A stretch of 64,000 nucleotides of DNA from an uncultured Spirochaetota bacterium (GTDB taxonomy: Bacteria; Spirochaetota; Spirochaetia; SZUA-6; CAVTHK01), in NCBI GenBank assembly GCA_963734495.1, contig CAVTHK010000007.1, positions 224,001-288,000 on the forward strand, read 5' to 3'. The position numbers and the translations under genes were made by a program. The notes under the pieces were generated by a model. It was not told where the DNA came from and searched no databases. It worked only from the letters and a program-made list of their open reading frames with translations. Positions 34,719 to 45,219 of this stretch are shown here, in pieces. Every line of letters begins with the position of its first letter. Position 1 is the stretch's first letter.

Positions 34719-34985
34719 GTGGGAGCAGAGGCGTACGGGGGTCTGTTTTTCGACTTGTGCGTGGAAGAGGTGCCGGACGCCGGATTCCGCGTGCAGGCGA
34801 TAATCTGGGGCGACGAGGGCGATTCGCTCGTCCTGCACGAGGTCGTTGGCGGGATGAACGTGATCCTCGAGACGCGCGAGATCGCCGAGATCGTCGCCCG
34901 CAACCTCGCCAAGAAATGGATCGACGAGAACTGGCAAAAGGTGCGCGCCAGGCAGCAGCGCACGGAAGAAGGCGGGCCGGAGTGA
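34719..34985 (+). CDS. Small hypothetical protein (about 88 aa)
   Basis: Protein-like composition (LFFDLCVEE..FRVQAIIWG..AEIVARNLAKKWIDEN); GTG start uncertain. Confidence 0.45.
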   Translation: MGAEAYGGLFFDLCVEEVPDAGFRVQAIIWGDEGDSLVLHEVVGGMNVILETREIAEIVARNLAKKWIDENWQKVRARQQRTEEGGPE

Positions 34986-35020
34986 TGGCGCCCAGGCGCC
35001 CGCCGCGAGAGTGACCGGAG

Positions 35021-37075
35021 TTGGCCTTGAACGAGCTCAAACGCATCCGCAACATCGGCATCATGGCCCACATCGACGCGGGCAAGACCACCACCACGGA
35101 GCGCATCCTGTTCTACACCGGAAAGAGCCATCGCATCGGCGAGGTCGACGACGGTGAAGCCACCATGGACTGGATGGTCCAGGAGCAGGAGCGCGGGATC
35201 ACCATCACCTCGGCGGCCACCACCTGCACCTGGCGCGACCGCCAGATCAACATCATCGACACGCCCGGACACGTCGACTTCACCGCCGAGGTCGAGCGCA
35301 GCCTGCGCGTCCTCGACGCGGCGATCGCGATTTTCGACGCGGTCGGCGGGGTCGAGCCGCAGTCGGAGACGGTCTGGCACCAGGCCGACCGCTATCACAT
35401 CCCCCGCATCGCCTACGTCAACAAGATGGACCGCGTCGGCGCCGACTACCTTGCCGTCATCGCGGAGATCGAGCGCAAGCTCGGCGCGGTCACGCTCCCG
35501 CTGCAGATCCCCATCGGCCGCGAGAGCGACTTTTCCGGGGTGATCGACCTCGTGCGGATGAAGACCGTGCGGTGGAACCCCGAGGACCTCGGCGTCACGG
35601 TCAGCCTCGAGGACATAGAGCCCGCCCTGCTCGAGCAGGCGCGCGAGGGACGCGAGCGCCTGATCGACGGGCTCTCCGCCCATTCGGACCGCATCACGGA
35701 GATGTACGTCGAAGGCCGCGAGCCGACCGAGGAGCTGCTGATCGCCGCGATCCGCAAGGCCGTCATCGATCGCGCCCTCGTCCCGGTGTTCTGCGGCTCC
35801 AGCCTCCGCAACATGGGCGTGCAGCCGCTGCTCGACGCCGTCGTGGACTACTTTCCCTCGCCCGACGAGGGCAAGGTCATGATCGGGCATCACCCGAAGA
35901 CGGAAAAGGAGGTCACGGTCGCCTGCGACCCGGAGGGTCCGCCGGTGGCCCTCGTGTTCAAGATCCAGACGGACCGCGAGGCGGGCGCGCTCACCTACAT
36001 CCGCGTGTACTCGGGCCATTTCGAGAGCGGCACGACCTTCTTCAACATCAACAAGAACAAGCGCGAGCGGATCGGACGCCTGCTGCGGATGCACGCGAAC
36101 AAACCCTCGCAGATCAGCGACATCAGGGCCGGCGACATCGCCGTCATCGTGGGCTCCAAGATCTCCCAGACCGGCGACACGCTCGGCAGCGACAAGCACC
36201 CGGTCCTCCTCGAGAAGATGCATTTCCCCGAGCCCGTGATCTCGGTAGCCATCGAGCCGAAGACGATGTCCGAGCGCAAGCGGCTGGGCGACGTGCTCGC
36301 CGTCCTCGAACGGGAAGACCCGACCTTCACCTTCAAAGAGAACGAGGACACGGGGCAGCTCATCATCTCGGGGATGGGCGAGCTTCACCTCGAGGTCCTG
36401 GTGACCCGCATCGTCGACGACTTCCGCGTCGAAGCCAAGATCGGCAAGCCGCAGGTGAGCTACCGCGAGTCGATCAGCGGCACCGCCGTCCACCGCGTGA
36501 AGTTCCACAGGAACCTCGGAGGCAAGGAGAACGCCGCCGAGATCGAGCTGCGCGCCGAGCCGCTGACGAGGGGTTCCGGGAACCGCTTCACCGTCTCGAC
36601 GGCCGACCTGCCCGAGGAGCTCGTCGAGGCCGTCCGCCGGGGCGTGGAAGGCGCGTTCACCTCCGGCATCAGCTGGGGTTACCCGACCATCGACATCGGC
36701 ATCACGCTCACCGACGCGGAGTACAACCAGGTGACTTCGACGCCGTTCGCGTACGAGGCCGCCGGCTCCCTCGGGTTCGACGCGGTCTGCCGCGAGGCGG
36801 GCCCCGTGCTCCTCGAGCCCGTCATGACGGTGGACGTGATGTGTCCCGCCGAGTTCGTCGGCGAGGTCATCGGCAACCTGACGGCGCGCGGGGGCCTCAT
36901 CGTGAGCCACGAGAGCCGGGCGGTTGTCGAGCACATACGCGCGGAGGTCCCGCTCGCGCAGATGTTCGGTTACTCGACGGCGCTCCGCAGCGTCACGCAG
37001 GGCCGCGCGACCTTCGCGATGGAGTTCGCCCACTTCGCGCCCAAGGCGCTCAAGGGCGACGGATCAGCCTTGTAG
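35021..37075 (+). CDS. fusA: Elongation factor G paralogue, spirochaete EF-G2 (ribosome-recycling) type
   Basis: [31 protein letters not shown]; domain IV loops diverged. Confidence 0.9.
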   Translation: MALNELKRIRNIGIMAHIDAGKTTTTERILFYTGKSHRIGEVDDGEATMDWMVQEQERGITITSAATTCTWRDRQINIIDTPGHVDFTAEVERSLRVLDAAIAIFDAVGGVEPQSETVWHQADRYHIPRIAYVNKMDRVGADYLAVIAEIERKLGAVTLPLQIPIGRESDFSGVIDLVRMKTVRWNPEDLGVTVSLEDIEPALLEQAREGRERLIDGLSAHSDRITEMYVEGREPTEELLIAAIRKAVIDRALVPVFCGSSLRNMGVQPLLDAVVDYFPSPDEGKVMIGHHPKTEKEVTVACDPEGPPVALVFKIQTDREAGALTYIRVYSGHFESGTTFFNINKNKRERIGRLLRMHANKPSQISDIRAGDIAVIVGSKISQTGDTLGSDKHPVLLEKMHFPEPVISVAIEPKTMSERKRLGDVLAVLEREDPTFTFKENEDTGQLIISGMGELHLEVLVTRIVDDFRVEAKIGKPQVSYRESISGTAVHRVKFHRNLGGKENAAEIELRAEPLTRGSGNRFTVSTADLPEELVEAVRRGVEGAFTSGISWGYPTIDIGITLTDAEYNQVTSTPFAYEAAGSLGFDAVCREAGPVLLEPVMTVDVMCPAEFVGEVIGNLTARGGLIVSHESRAVVEHIRAEVPLAQMFGYSTALRSVTQGRATFAMEFAHFAPKALKGDGSAL

Positions 37076-37142
37076 GAGGCCGGCTCGCGGGCGCGGGCCG
37101 GCCCTGAAGCGGCGCGCAGCCCTTCAGTGTAGTCTTGTTTTG

Positions 37143-37171
37143 TTGACACGGTTCGGAGCCGCAGCTATAGT
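37143..37171 (+). promoter_or_regulatory. Sigma70 promoter for the second EF-G-like gene
   Basis: TTGACA-N17-TATAGT. Confidence 0.75.
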
Positions 37172-37225
37172 GGTCAGCCGACACTTCAATCCGGACCAAC
37201 GTGAACAGGGGCAAGGAGATCTCGT

Positions 37226-39286
37226 ATGGGTGTGTCAACCGCAGCGATCCGCAACATCGCCCTCGTCGGCCACGGCGCCACCGGCAAGACATCGCTCGTG
37301 GAGCACGTCCTGGCCGCGGCCAAGGTGATCGACCGGCCCGAGACGGTCGAGACCGGCAGGACGGTGAGCGACTTCCTCGAGGAGGAGATCGCGCGGCGGA
37401 TCTCGATCCGCAGCTCGCTCACGCACGTCGACTGGGCGGGGGCGAAGATCAACATGCTCGACACACCGGGCTCGAGCGATTTCGTGGGAGAGGTGATCGC
37501 CGCCCTGCGGGTCACCGACTGCGCGGTGGTCGCGGTCGCCGCGGACGCGGGTGTGCAGATCGAGACGATCAAGGTGTGGCGGCGCCTCGACCAGATCGCG
37601 CGGCCCCGGATCATTTTCGTCAACAAGATGGACAAGGAGCACTCCGATTTCCAGAAGGTCGTCTCCGACCTCCGGGAGCGCTTCCGGACGAACTTCGTGC
37701 CGCTCACGATCCCGATCGGGGCGGCGGCCTCGTTCGAGGGGGTCATCGACCTGCTCGGCATGAAGGCCTACCGTGGCGCGGCCGCGGGCGAGATCCCGGC
37801 CGCCGAGAGCGCAGCGGCGCAGGAGGCGCGGACCGCGATGATCGAGGCGGCCGCCGACGGCGAAGACAGCCTCATGGAGAAGTACGTCGGCGAGGAGAAG
37901 CTGACCGACGAGGAGGTCCGGCGGGGCCTGCGGGCCGCGCTCGCCGCGGGCAAGTTCGTCCCGGTCTTCTGCGGCTCGGTCCTGCAGGACAGCGGGCTCG
38001 CGCCTTTCCTGAATTTCGTCGCGGCCTCCGTGCCGGCGCCGTCCGGCGAGAACAAGGGCAAGTCCGGGGACGAGGAGCTTTCGCGCAAGCTGTCCGTCGG
38101 CGAGCCCCTCTCCTGCTTCGTGTTCAAGACGAGCATCGACCAGTTTTCCGGGCGCCTGTCCTTTGTCAAGGTCATGAGCGGGCGCCTCGCCTCGGACAGC
38201 GAGATCATCAACTACCGTTCGGGGAAACGGGAAAAGGCGGGCAAGATCTACACCTGCCAGGGCAAGAAGATCGAGGAGACCGCCGAGCTGGTCGCCGGCG
38301 ACATGGGCGTCCTGCTCAAGCTCGACTCCGTGTCCACCAACGACAGCCTCGGCGATCCGGGCGCGCCGATCGAGTACCCGCCGATCGCGCTGCCTCAGCC
38401 CGTGCACGCCGTTGCCGTCTCCGCGGTCGCGAAGAAGGACGAGGACAAGATGAACCAGCTCATCAACCGGGCCTGCGAAGAGGACCCGTCGATGAAGCTG
38501 GCGTACAACAAGGAGACGCGCGAGAACGTCCTCTCCACGATGGGCGAGCTGCAGCTTTCGATCCTGCTGGACGGCATCCGCAAGACCCACAAGATCGAGG
38601 CCAGCACCAAGCTGCCCAGGGTTGCCTACCGGGAGACCATCACCAAGAGCGCCGGCGCGGAGTACCAGCACAAAAAGCAGACCGGAGGCCACGGGCAGTA
38701 CGCCAAGGTGGTGCTCGAGGTCGCTCCGCTGGAACGCGGCAAGCACTTCAACTTCGTCAACGGGATCCACGGCGGCGCCATCTCCAAGGGCTACGTGCCG
38801 GGAGTCGAGAAAGGGATCATCGAGGCCATGGACCAGGGCATCCTGGCGGGCTACCCCGTGGTCGACATAGAGGCCAAGATCGTCGACGGCAAAGAGCACC
38901 CGGTCGACTCGTCGGAAATGGCGTTCAAGCTGGCCGCCCGCGGCGCCCTGCGCGCTTCGATGGAAAAGGCCTCGCCCGTGCTGCTCGAGCCGATCATGAA
39001 CCTCGAGGTGATCGTCGACGACCAGTACCTCGGAGACGTGCTTTCGGACCTGAGCTCGCGGCGCGGCCGCGTGCTGGGGCAGGAGCCGATCGGGGCCGGA
39101 ACGCAGATCGTCCGCGTTCAGGTTCCCCAGGCGGAGCTGCAGCGCTACTCCATCGACCTCAAGTCGATGACTTCGGGCACCGCGTCGTTCGAGATCTCCT
39201 TCGACCACTACGAGCCGATCGCGGGCCGCACGGCCGAGGACGTGATCAAGGCCGCCAAGGCAGAGGCGACCCAGACCGAGTCATAG
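37226..39286 (+). CDS. Elongation factor G-like protein (EFG II subfamily)
   Basis: GHGATGKTS, DTPGSSDF, NKMD, YRETI, HKKQTGGHGQYA, HPVDSSEMAF; AAGGAG RBS. Confidence 0.9.
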   Translation: MGVSTAAIRNIALVGHGATGKTSLVEHVLAAAKVIDRPETVETGRTVSDFLEEEIARRISIRSSLTHVDWAGAKINMLDTPGSSDFVGEVIAALRVTDCAVVAVAADAGVQIETIKVWRRLDQIARPRIIFVNKMDKEHSDFQKVVSDLRERFRTNFVPLTIPIGAAASFEGVIDLLGMKAYRGAAAGEIPAAESAAAQEARTAMIEAAADGEDSLMEKYVGEEKLTDEEVRRGLRAALAAGKFVPVFCGSVLQDSGLAPFLNFVAASVPAPSGENKGKSGDEELSRKLSVGEPLSCFVFKTSIDQFSGRLSFVKVMSGRLASDSEIINYRSGKREKAGKIYTCQGKKIEETAELVAGDMGVLLKLDSVSTNDSLGDPGAPIEYPPIALPQPVHAVAVSAVAKKDEDKMNQLINRACEEDPSMKLAYNKETRENVLSTMGELQLSILLDGIRKTHKIEASTKLPRVAYRETITKSAGAEYQHKKQTGGHGQYAKVVLEVAPLERGKHFNFVNGIHGGAISKGYVPGVEKGIIEAMDQGILAGYPVVDIEAKIVDGKEHPVDSSEMAFKLAARGALRASMEKASPVLLEPIMNLEVIVDDQYLGDVLSDLSSRRGRVLGQEPIGAGTQIVRVQVPQAELQRYSIDLKSMTSGTASFEISFDHYEPIAGRTAEDVIKAAKAEATQTES

Positions 39287-39874
39287 GCCCCGCATCGCCT
39301 CGGCGAGCTCCGGGTCGCGCGACAGGTAGTAGGTCTTCTTCTCTTCGGCGGTCAGGCCGATCAGCTCGTGGCTGAGGTAATGGATCCAGATGTCGTCTTC
39401 CGGCCGCGTGACTACGTGCCTGCGGCAGAAGTAGTCGGGCCGGATCGGCTGCTCGGGCCCGTAGGTCCGCGTCTTGTAGTCGTGCACGGCGATCTTGATG
39501 TCCTCGCGCGGGATGCCCCTGGTGAGAAGCACGTTCACGAGGTGGTTGATCGTGCGGCCCGAGTCGAAGATGTCGTCGACGAGCATGATGCGGTCGCCGT
39601 GCCTGAGGTGCGCGGGGTCGTAGGTCCAGCCGTCGACGCGCACCTGCTCCTGCTTGCGGATGTCGGTGTACGACCAGGCGACCACCGCGGCGTAGAAGAC
39701 CGGGTGGCGCTCCTTGCGCATGGCCTTGAAGTACTCGCTGATCACGTTGCCGACGTAGGCGCCGCCGCGAAGCAGCACGTAGATCACGTCGGGCTCGAAC
39801 CCGTCCGAATAGATCCTGCTCGCCAGCTTGATCGCGTTGTCCCTGACCGTCTCGTAGGGGAGGAACTCCTTCAT
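39281..39874 (-). CDS. Type I phosphoribosyltransferase
   Basis: IMLVDDIFDSGRT PRPP loop; LLRGG. Confidence 0.88.
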   Translation of the reverse strand: MKEFLPYETVRDNAIKLASRIYSDGFEPDVIYVLLRGGAYVGNVISEYFKAMRKERHPVFYAAVVAWSYTDIRKQEQVRVDGWTYDPAHLRHGDRIMLVDDIFDSGRTINHLVNVLLTRGIPREDIKIAVHDYKTRTYGPEQPIRPDYFCRRHVVTRPEDDIWIHYLSHELIGLTAEEKKTYYLSRDPELAEAMRGL

Positions 39875-41322
39875 CGAGGGAGTTCCAGCGCCACTTCCGT
39901 CCCGGCCCGGCTCACCACGACCGGGAGCTTGTCCTTGCCGACGAGGGCCTCGTAGAAATCCTTGAGGCCGCGCACGGGCTTCCCGCCCATGCTCACGATC
40001 AGGTCGTTCTCCTTGAACCCCGCCGCGCCCCCGGGCGATTCGGGGACGACGCCGTAGACGATGACGCCGCCGGCCGCCTTGAGCCCGAGGCTGCTGCGCA
40101 CCTCGTCGGTGACGGGGAACACCGACAGGCCCGGCCACAGGTTGCGGTTCTGCGCCGTGATGGCCTTTTCGTCCTCGCGGACCGCGAGCCGGATCCCGAG
40201 CTTGACTTCCTTGCCCTGGCGGAAGACCACGAACTCGGCCTGGAGGCCCGGCGGCTGGTCGCCGAGCTTGTTGGTGAGGTCGAGGTGGTCGGCGACCTCC
40301 CTTCCGTTGAGCGAGACGACAAAGTCGCCCGGCAGCAGGCCGCCCTTGTCCGCGGGGGCGCCGCGGAACACCTGCGTCACGAGGGCGCCCTTGCGGCCGG
40401 AAACGCCGAGGTCGGCCGCGATCGCGGGGTTCACGGTCTGGATCTGCACGCCGAGCCATGCGTATTCGACCCGGCCGATCTTGACGAAGTCGTCGATGGC
40501 CTTGCGGGCGGCGTTGATCGGGATGGCGAATCCGTAGCCCTGGCTCGCGCCCGTGTTCGACGCGATCCAGGTGTTGATGCCGATCACCTCGCCTTCGAGG
40601 TTGACGAGAGCGCCGCCGGAGTTGCCCGGGCTGATGGCGGCGTCGGTCTGCAGAAACTCGCTGATGTTCTCGCCCGGCCCCCCGCGCCGGCCGACGGCGC
40701 TGATGATCCCGGCGGTCACCGTCGAGTCGAGGCCGAAGGGGTTCCCGATGGCCAGCGCCCAGTCGCCGACCTGCATCTGGTCCGAGTTGCCGAGCGCCGC
40801 GAGCGGGACGTCGTCGGCGGTCTCGAAGACGACCAGCGCGAGGTCCTTGCGCGGATCGCCGCCGACGAGCTTGGCCTGGAACGTGCGTCCGTCGCTGAGC
40901 TTGATGTCGATGTGGTCGGCTTCGCCCACCACGTGATTGTTGGTGAGCACGTACACCTTGCGGCCGTCACGCCGGACGATGACTCCCGAGCCGAGGCCCT
41001 GGTTGCGGAACTCGCGGGGCGACTGCTCGGGCCCCCTCGGGCTGAAGAAGAAGTCGAAGGGGGTCTTCGGCACGTCCTGCTGCACGACCTGCTCGACGTC
41101 GATCTCGACGACCGCCGGCGTCACCTTGCGGGCCACGTCGCGGAACGACGACTGGAGGCTCGCGAGCAGCTGCGGGGCGCCGGCCGTCGAGCCCTGCGTC
41201 GTCTGCGTCGCTCGCGTCGCGGGCGACAGCGTGCACGAGGACACGAGCAGCCCCACGCCGAACGCCAGGATGACCGCCACGAGGACCAGATTGAGCAGCG
41301 AGCCCCTGTCGAATCGTTCCAT
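39871..41322 (-). CDS. htrA: DegP/HtrA (Do family) serine protease with 2 PDZ domains
   Basis: GLGSGV, TNNHVV, DLAL, QTDAAISPGNSGG. Confidence 0.95.
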   Translation of the reverse strand: MERFDRGSLLNLVLVAVILAFGVGLLVSSCTLSPATRATQTTQGSTAGAPQLLASLQSSFRDVARKVTPAVVEIDVEQVVQQDVPKTPFDFFFSPRGPEQSPREFRNQGLGSGVIVRRDGRKVYVLTNNHVVGEADHIDIKLSDGRTFQAKLVGGDPRKDLALVVFETADDVPLAALGNSDQMQVGDWALAIGNPFGLDSTVTAGIISAVGRRGGPGENISEFLQTDAAISPGNSGGALVNLEGEVIGINTWIASNTGASQGYGFAIPINAARKAIDDFVKIGRVEYAWLGVQIQTVNPAIAADLGVSGRKGALVTQVFRGAPADKGGLLPGDFVVSLNGREVADHLDLTNKLGDQPPGLQAEFVVFRQGKEVKLGIRLAVREDEKAITAQNRNLWPGLSVFPVTDEVRSSLGLKAAGGVIVYGVVPESPGGAAGFKENDLIVSMGGKPVRGLKDFYEALVGKDKLPVVVSRAGTEVALELPR

Positions 41323-41345
41323 GTCAGCCTCTGTTCCCAATATAC

Positions 41346-42101
41346 TCAAAGGTCTCTGATCGGTGTCAGGACGTCGGCCTCGCCTTCGCCGATCGCGACG
41401 GTGTATTCGTAGTGCGCCGAGTCGCTGCGGTCGAGGGTGCGGACGGTCCAGCCGTCTTCGAGCACTTCCACTTCCCACGTGCCGCTGTTGATCATCGGCT
41501 CCAGAGCGATGACCATCCCCGCCTTCAGCCGCGGGTTCGGCCCCCGGCTCACGTAGTTGGGCACCTGCGGGTCCTCGTGCTGGGCGAACCCGACGCCGTG
41601 CCCGCAGAACTGCCGCACGACGCCGTAGCCGAGCCCCTCGGCGTGCGTCTGCACCGCGCGGCCGATGTCGTGGATCCTCGCGCCGCCGCGCGCGTCCTTG
41701 ACCGCGATGTCGAGACACTCGCGGGTGACCCGCATCAGGTCCCGCCGGGCGGCCGAGACCTCGCCCACGCCGAACGTCCACGCGGCGTCCGCGTAGAACC
41801 CGTGCAGCTCGACGCCGATGTCGAGCTTGACGAGGTCGCCGGCCTCCAGGCGGCGCTGGCCGGGGATCCCGTGGATCACCTGGTCGTTGACCGAGATGCA
41901 GGCGGAGGCCGGGTAGTCGAGATAGCCGAGGAACGAGGGCTGCGCGCCGCGGCTCTCTATGAGCCTGCGGGTCTCGCGGTCGAGGTCCGCGGTCTGGATC
42001 CCCGGCCGGATCATCCGGGCGACGTCCCTGATGGTGTCGGCGAGGATGACGCCCGCCTCCCGGATGCGGTCGATCTCGTGCGGGCTCTTGAGTCGGATCA
42101 T
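41346..42101 (-). CDS. map: Type I methionyl aminopeptidase
   Basis: CISVN..VIHGIP, DIG..G.YAD, GHGVG...HEDP, EPM, SAHYE. Confidence 0.95.
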   Translation of the reverse strand: MIRLKSPHEIDRIREAGVILADTIRDVARMIRPGIQTADLDRETRRLIESRGAQPSFLGYLDYPASACISVNDQVIHGIPGQRRLEAGDLVKLDIGVELHGFYADAAWTFGVGEVSAARRDLMRVTRECLDIAVKDARGGARIHDIGRAVQTHAEGLGYGVVRQFCGHGVGFAQHEDPQVPNYVSRGPNPRLKAGMVIALEPMINSGTWEVEVLEDGWTVRTLDRSDSAHYEYTVAIGEGEADVLTPIRDL

Positions 42102-42117
42102 GACGCCGTCCCGGCGC

Positions 42118-42578
42118 CTACCCGGCATCGCGGACTTCTCGGCGCCCTTGCGGCCCGAGGGTTTCTCGGCGAGCAGGGTCTTGAACTCGTCGTCCGCGTC
42201 CGGCCCGTAGGCCTCCTCGACGAGCCTGCGGATGCTCTCGCTCTTGCCGCTCGTGATGGTGACCTGACCGTCGGCGATGACGCCCTGCTCCACGTTGAGC
42301 CTCGGCGTCGTGATGTCGCCGAGCACCTTGCCGGTCTGCACCAGGTTGACCTCCTCGCTGGCGGTGATGTTGCCGATGACGGTCCCCGCCACCGTCACGC
42401 GCCGGGCGGTGATGTCGGTGCGCACGCGGCCCGTGGGGCCGACGATGAGCTCGTCGTTGGTCTTGATCTCTCCCTTGAACTTGCCCTCGATCAGGATCGA
42501 GCCGTTCACGAAGAACCGCCCCTCGAAAATCGAGCCCTCGCCGATGGTGCAGTTGACGCTCTCGGTGACCTTGGCCAT
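42118..42578 (-). CDS. Second bactofilin (reads in frame into map as assembled; true stop probably TAG at 42118)
   Basis: TIGEGSIFEG..ILIEGKFKGEI..VAGTVIGNI..VLGDITTPRLNVEQG. Confidence 0.85.
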
Positions 42579-42681
42579 GCTTGCTCCTCGCCGCCCGCGC
42601 GCATCTGCGGGCGGCCCCGCGGGCCGAACCTGGTGCTCAGCGCGAATGCCGGCGGCATCATACCGGCAAGGCGCCGCCGTT

Positions 42682-43142
42682 TCAAGCTTCGCGGCGTTTG
42701 CGCGACGGCTTGCCGCCCTCTTCCGCAGCCCCGACCTGACGCTTGAGGATGCCGTCCAGCACGCCGTTGACGAAACGGTAGGAGTCGTCGGTTCCGAACT
42801 CCCGGGCGATATCGATCGCCTCGTCGATCGTGACCGACGCGGGAACGTCTTTGAGGAACAGCAGCGAGTAGACGCTGATCCGCAGGACCGCGAGGTCCAC
42901 GCGCGCGAGGCGGCTGAAGTCCCAGTGCTCGAGCTGCCGGCGGATCGCCTCGTCGACGTCTGCGATCCGTCTCGACGGTCCCGGCGATCAGGAGCCGCGC
43001 AAAGTCGACGCTCTCGCGCGGCACGCGGTCCGGCGCGTCGATCCACGAGAAGTCGAGGAGGTCCGGCGACGGCCTCCCGGGTGATCTCGTAGCGGTACAG
43101 CGTCTGGAAGGCGATCACCCGCCCGGCCCTGCGGACACCCAT
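42682..43142 (-). CDS. nusB: Transcription antitermination factor NusB (frameshifted)
   Basis: RRAGRVIAFQTLY; DLAVLRI..; VTIDEAIDIAREFG..SYRFVNGVLD. Confidence 0.93.
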
Positions 43143-43143
43143 A

Positions 43144-44197
43144 TCACCAGCTGAGCAGGCTGTCTTCGACCCGGATCTCCGCTTCGCCTCGCAGCTTCTT
43201 CGTGAGCTCGTCGGTGGCCTGCTTCACGATGTCGACGCGGCTCGTCTGGCGCAGCATCGCCCCGATCTGCTCCCTGACCGTCGTGGCGTTCTGCGGCGGG
43301 ATCTTGTCGTCGAGGCCGAGCACGCTGAACGGGATCTCCTCGATGATCTCGACGATGTGGTAGCCCGCGTTCGACTGCAGAACGCCCTTGACCTGCCCCG
43401 CCTTGGCGTCGAAGAGGGAATCGAAGAAGACCTTGCCGTACGTGACGCGCTTGTTCTCGTCGTCACGCCGCCACACGTCGAAGTTCAGCCCCCCGATACG
43501 CGTGGTCGCGCCCTCGAGGTAGACCTCCTGGAACTTGTCGAAGGGCGTGCCGGCCTGGATCGTGCGGTAGATCTCGTCCGCCTTGGCCTTGGCGCGGTCC
43601 GCGTCGGCGGGCGAGAGGCCGGTGGTGAGCAGGACGATCTGCTTGAAGCGCACCATCTCCGGCGAGACGAAGCGCGTCCGGTTGGCGTTGTAGTAGTCGC
43701 GGATCTCGGCGTCGGTCGGGTCCTTGACGCTGTCGAGCAGGGGCTTCTGCTCCTTGGCCACCAGCTTTTCCACCGTGATCTTGTCGGTGACCTGCTCGAC
43801 GAACTTCTCGTACGTCGTCCCCTGCTGCCGCAGGAGCTCCTTGAGCTCCGTGTCCGAGAACGGGCGGGTCGGCCGCCCGAGCTGCCGCGCGAAATCCTGC
43901 TTGTAGGCGTCGAGCGTCCGGTCGACTTCGGCGGACGTCGCCCGCACGTGCTCCCTGTCGGCCGCCTGCAGCAGGAGCTTCTCGTCGACGAGCGCGTCCA
44001 GGTACTGCTCGCGCTGGTCCTTGGTCAACGGCCGCTTGAGGCCTTCCTCGATGCTCTCCGACCTGCTGGCGGAACTGCTTCTGGGTGATGACTTCGACCT
44101 TGGTCAGCTTGACGCGCGCGATCGTCGGATCGATCTGAGCGCTTGCCAGCGTGGCGGCGAGCGCAAGGAGCGCTCCCAGGACTGTCACTCGCTTCAC
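43144..44197 (-). CDS. SurA/PrsA-like peptidylprolyl isomerase (frameshift near 44055)
   Basis: Signal peptide, LDALVDEKLLLQAA, EIRDYYNAN, S.AGYHIVE. Confidence 0.8.
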
Positions 44198-44243
44198 TGT
44201 CCCACTTCCTCGAAAAAGAGTCCTGTCGTGCTTCAATGTATCA

Positions 44244-45050
44244 TCAGGAGACGGAGTATTCGGGCATCCCGATCCGCTCCCTGAGCTTCTTGATCCCGGG
44301 GAGCTTGACGTCCATCTCCAGGCCCCTCCGCAGAGCCTCTGCCGCCAGATCCCGCCTTCCGGCGGTCATGTAGATCTCCGCGATCTTCTTGTAGAAGAAC
44401 GCCTTGTCTTTTCGCGGCAGATCGAACGCGAGGAGCTGTTTGAGACACGCGATGTTCACCTGCGGCGGAATCTTCCTCACCATCCGGAAACAGGCAAGCG
44501 TCTTGATCCTCTCCAGCACCTCGTCGATGAAGTGCCGGAAATAGGGCTTGCGGATCTCGTCCACGTACAGCTGCTTGAACAGCTCGAACGCCACCAGATA
44601 CTCCCCCCGCCGCTCGAACTGCTCGGCCAGGAGGAACGTGCAGTCCATGTAGTCGCCCCAGTTCAGGTAGACGTCGAGCCGGAACCCCGCCGTGGCCATG
44701 AGCACGCGGTAGAGGCGGACCGCCTCTTCGTCGCGGTCGTGGAGCAGGTCGTACAGAAGGAGCCGCGACTGGCTCGCCATGTCGTGCCTTCGCTTCTCGA
44801 GGAAGGCCCGATAGTCGAACCGCAGGGCCGCCTGACGGTGAAACGACTCCAGTCTCTTGTCGTACTCGGCGCGGCTGTCCGGGTCGCTCAGGACCTCGTA
44901 GGCGCGGAGGAGGAGCTTCATCTCCTCAGCTCCATCCAGCGAGGCGCTCAGGTCGGGGTGGACCTCTTTCGCCCGCCTGCGGAAAGCCCTTTTGACCTCG
45001 GCAGCTGAAGAGCCGGGATCCACTCCCAGGACTTGATAATAATCCGTCAA
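44244..45050 (-). CDS. J-domain protein with TPR-like C-terminus
   Basis: DYYQVLGV..EVKRAFR..HPD..AYEVLSD...RAEYD. Confidence 0.88.
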   Translation of the reverse strand: MTDYYQVLGVDPGSSAAEVKRAFRRRAKEVHPDLSASLDGAEEMKLLLRAYEVLSDPDSRAEYDKRLESFHRQAALRFDYRAFLEKRRHDMASQSRLLLYDLLHDRDEEAVRLYRVLMATAGFRLDVYLNWGDYMDCTFLLAEQFERRGEYLVAFELFKQLYVDEIRKPYFRHFIDEVLERIKTLACFRMVRKIPPQVNIACLKQLLAFDLPRKDKAFFYKKIAEIYMTAGRRDLAAEALRRGLEMDVKLPGIKKLRERIGMPEYSVS

Positions 45051-45219
45051 GGCGCCTACACCTCAGCTGTTTGCGCACCATCATATCCGATTATGGGCTC
45101 GAAATCAACCGTTGGCGCTTCGGCATCGCCCCGCTGCCGGCCCGGGCTCGCCCACTGCCGCCGCGACGGTTCGCACGCTCTCCTTGAACGCGGTGCACGC
45201 CGAGTGCTATAGTGCGGCC

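Noticed and set aside
34592..39208. Long antisense ORFs (813 aa, 657 aa) and similar ones opposite lon, the HD gene and uvrA
   Set aside because: Shadow ORFs typical of high-GC coding DNA, with no recognisable motifs.
41346..43142. 598-aa ORF that appears to fuse the NusB N-terminus, bactofilin and Map
   Set aside because: NusB continues in another frame. One added base near 42135 would end bactofilin at TAG 42118. This matches the window-wide indel errors.
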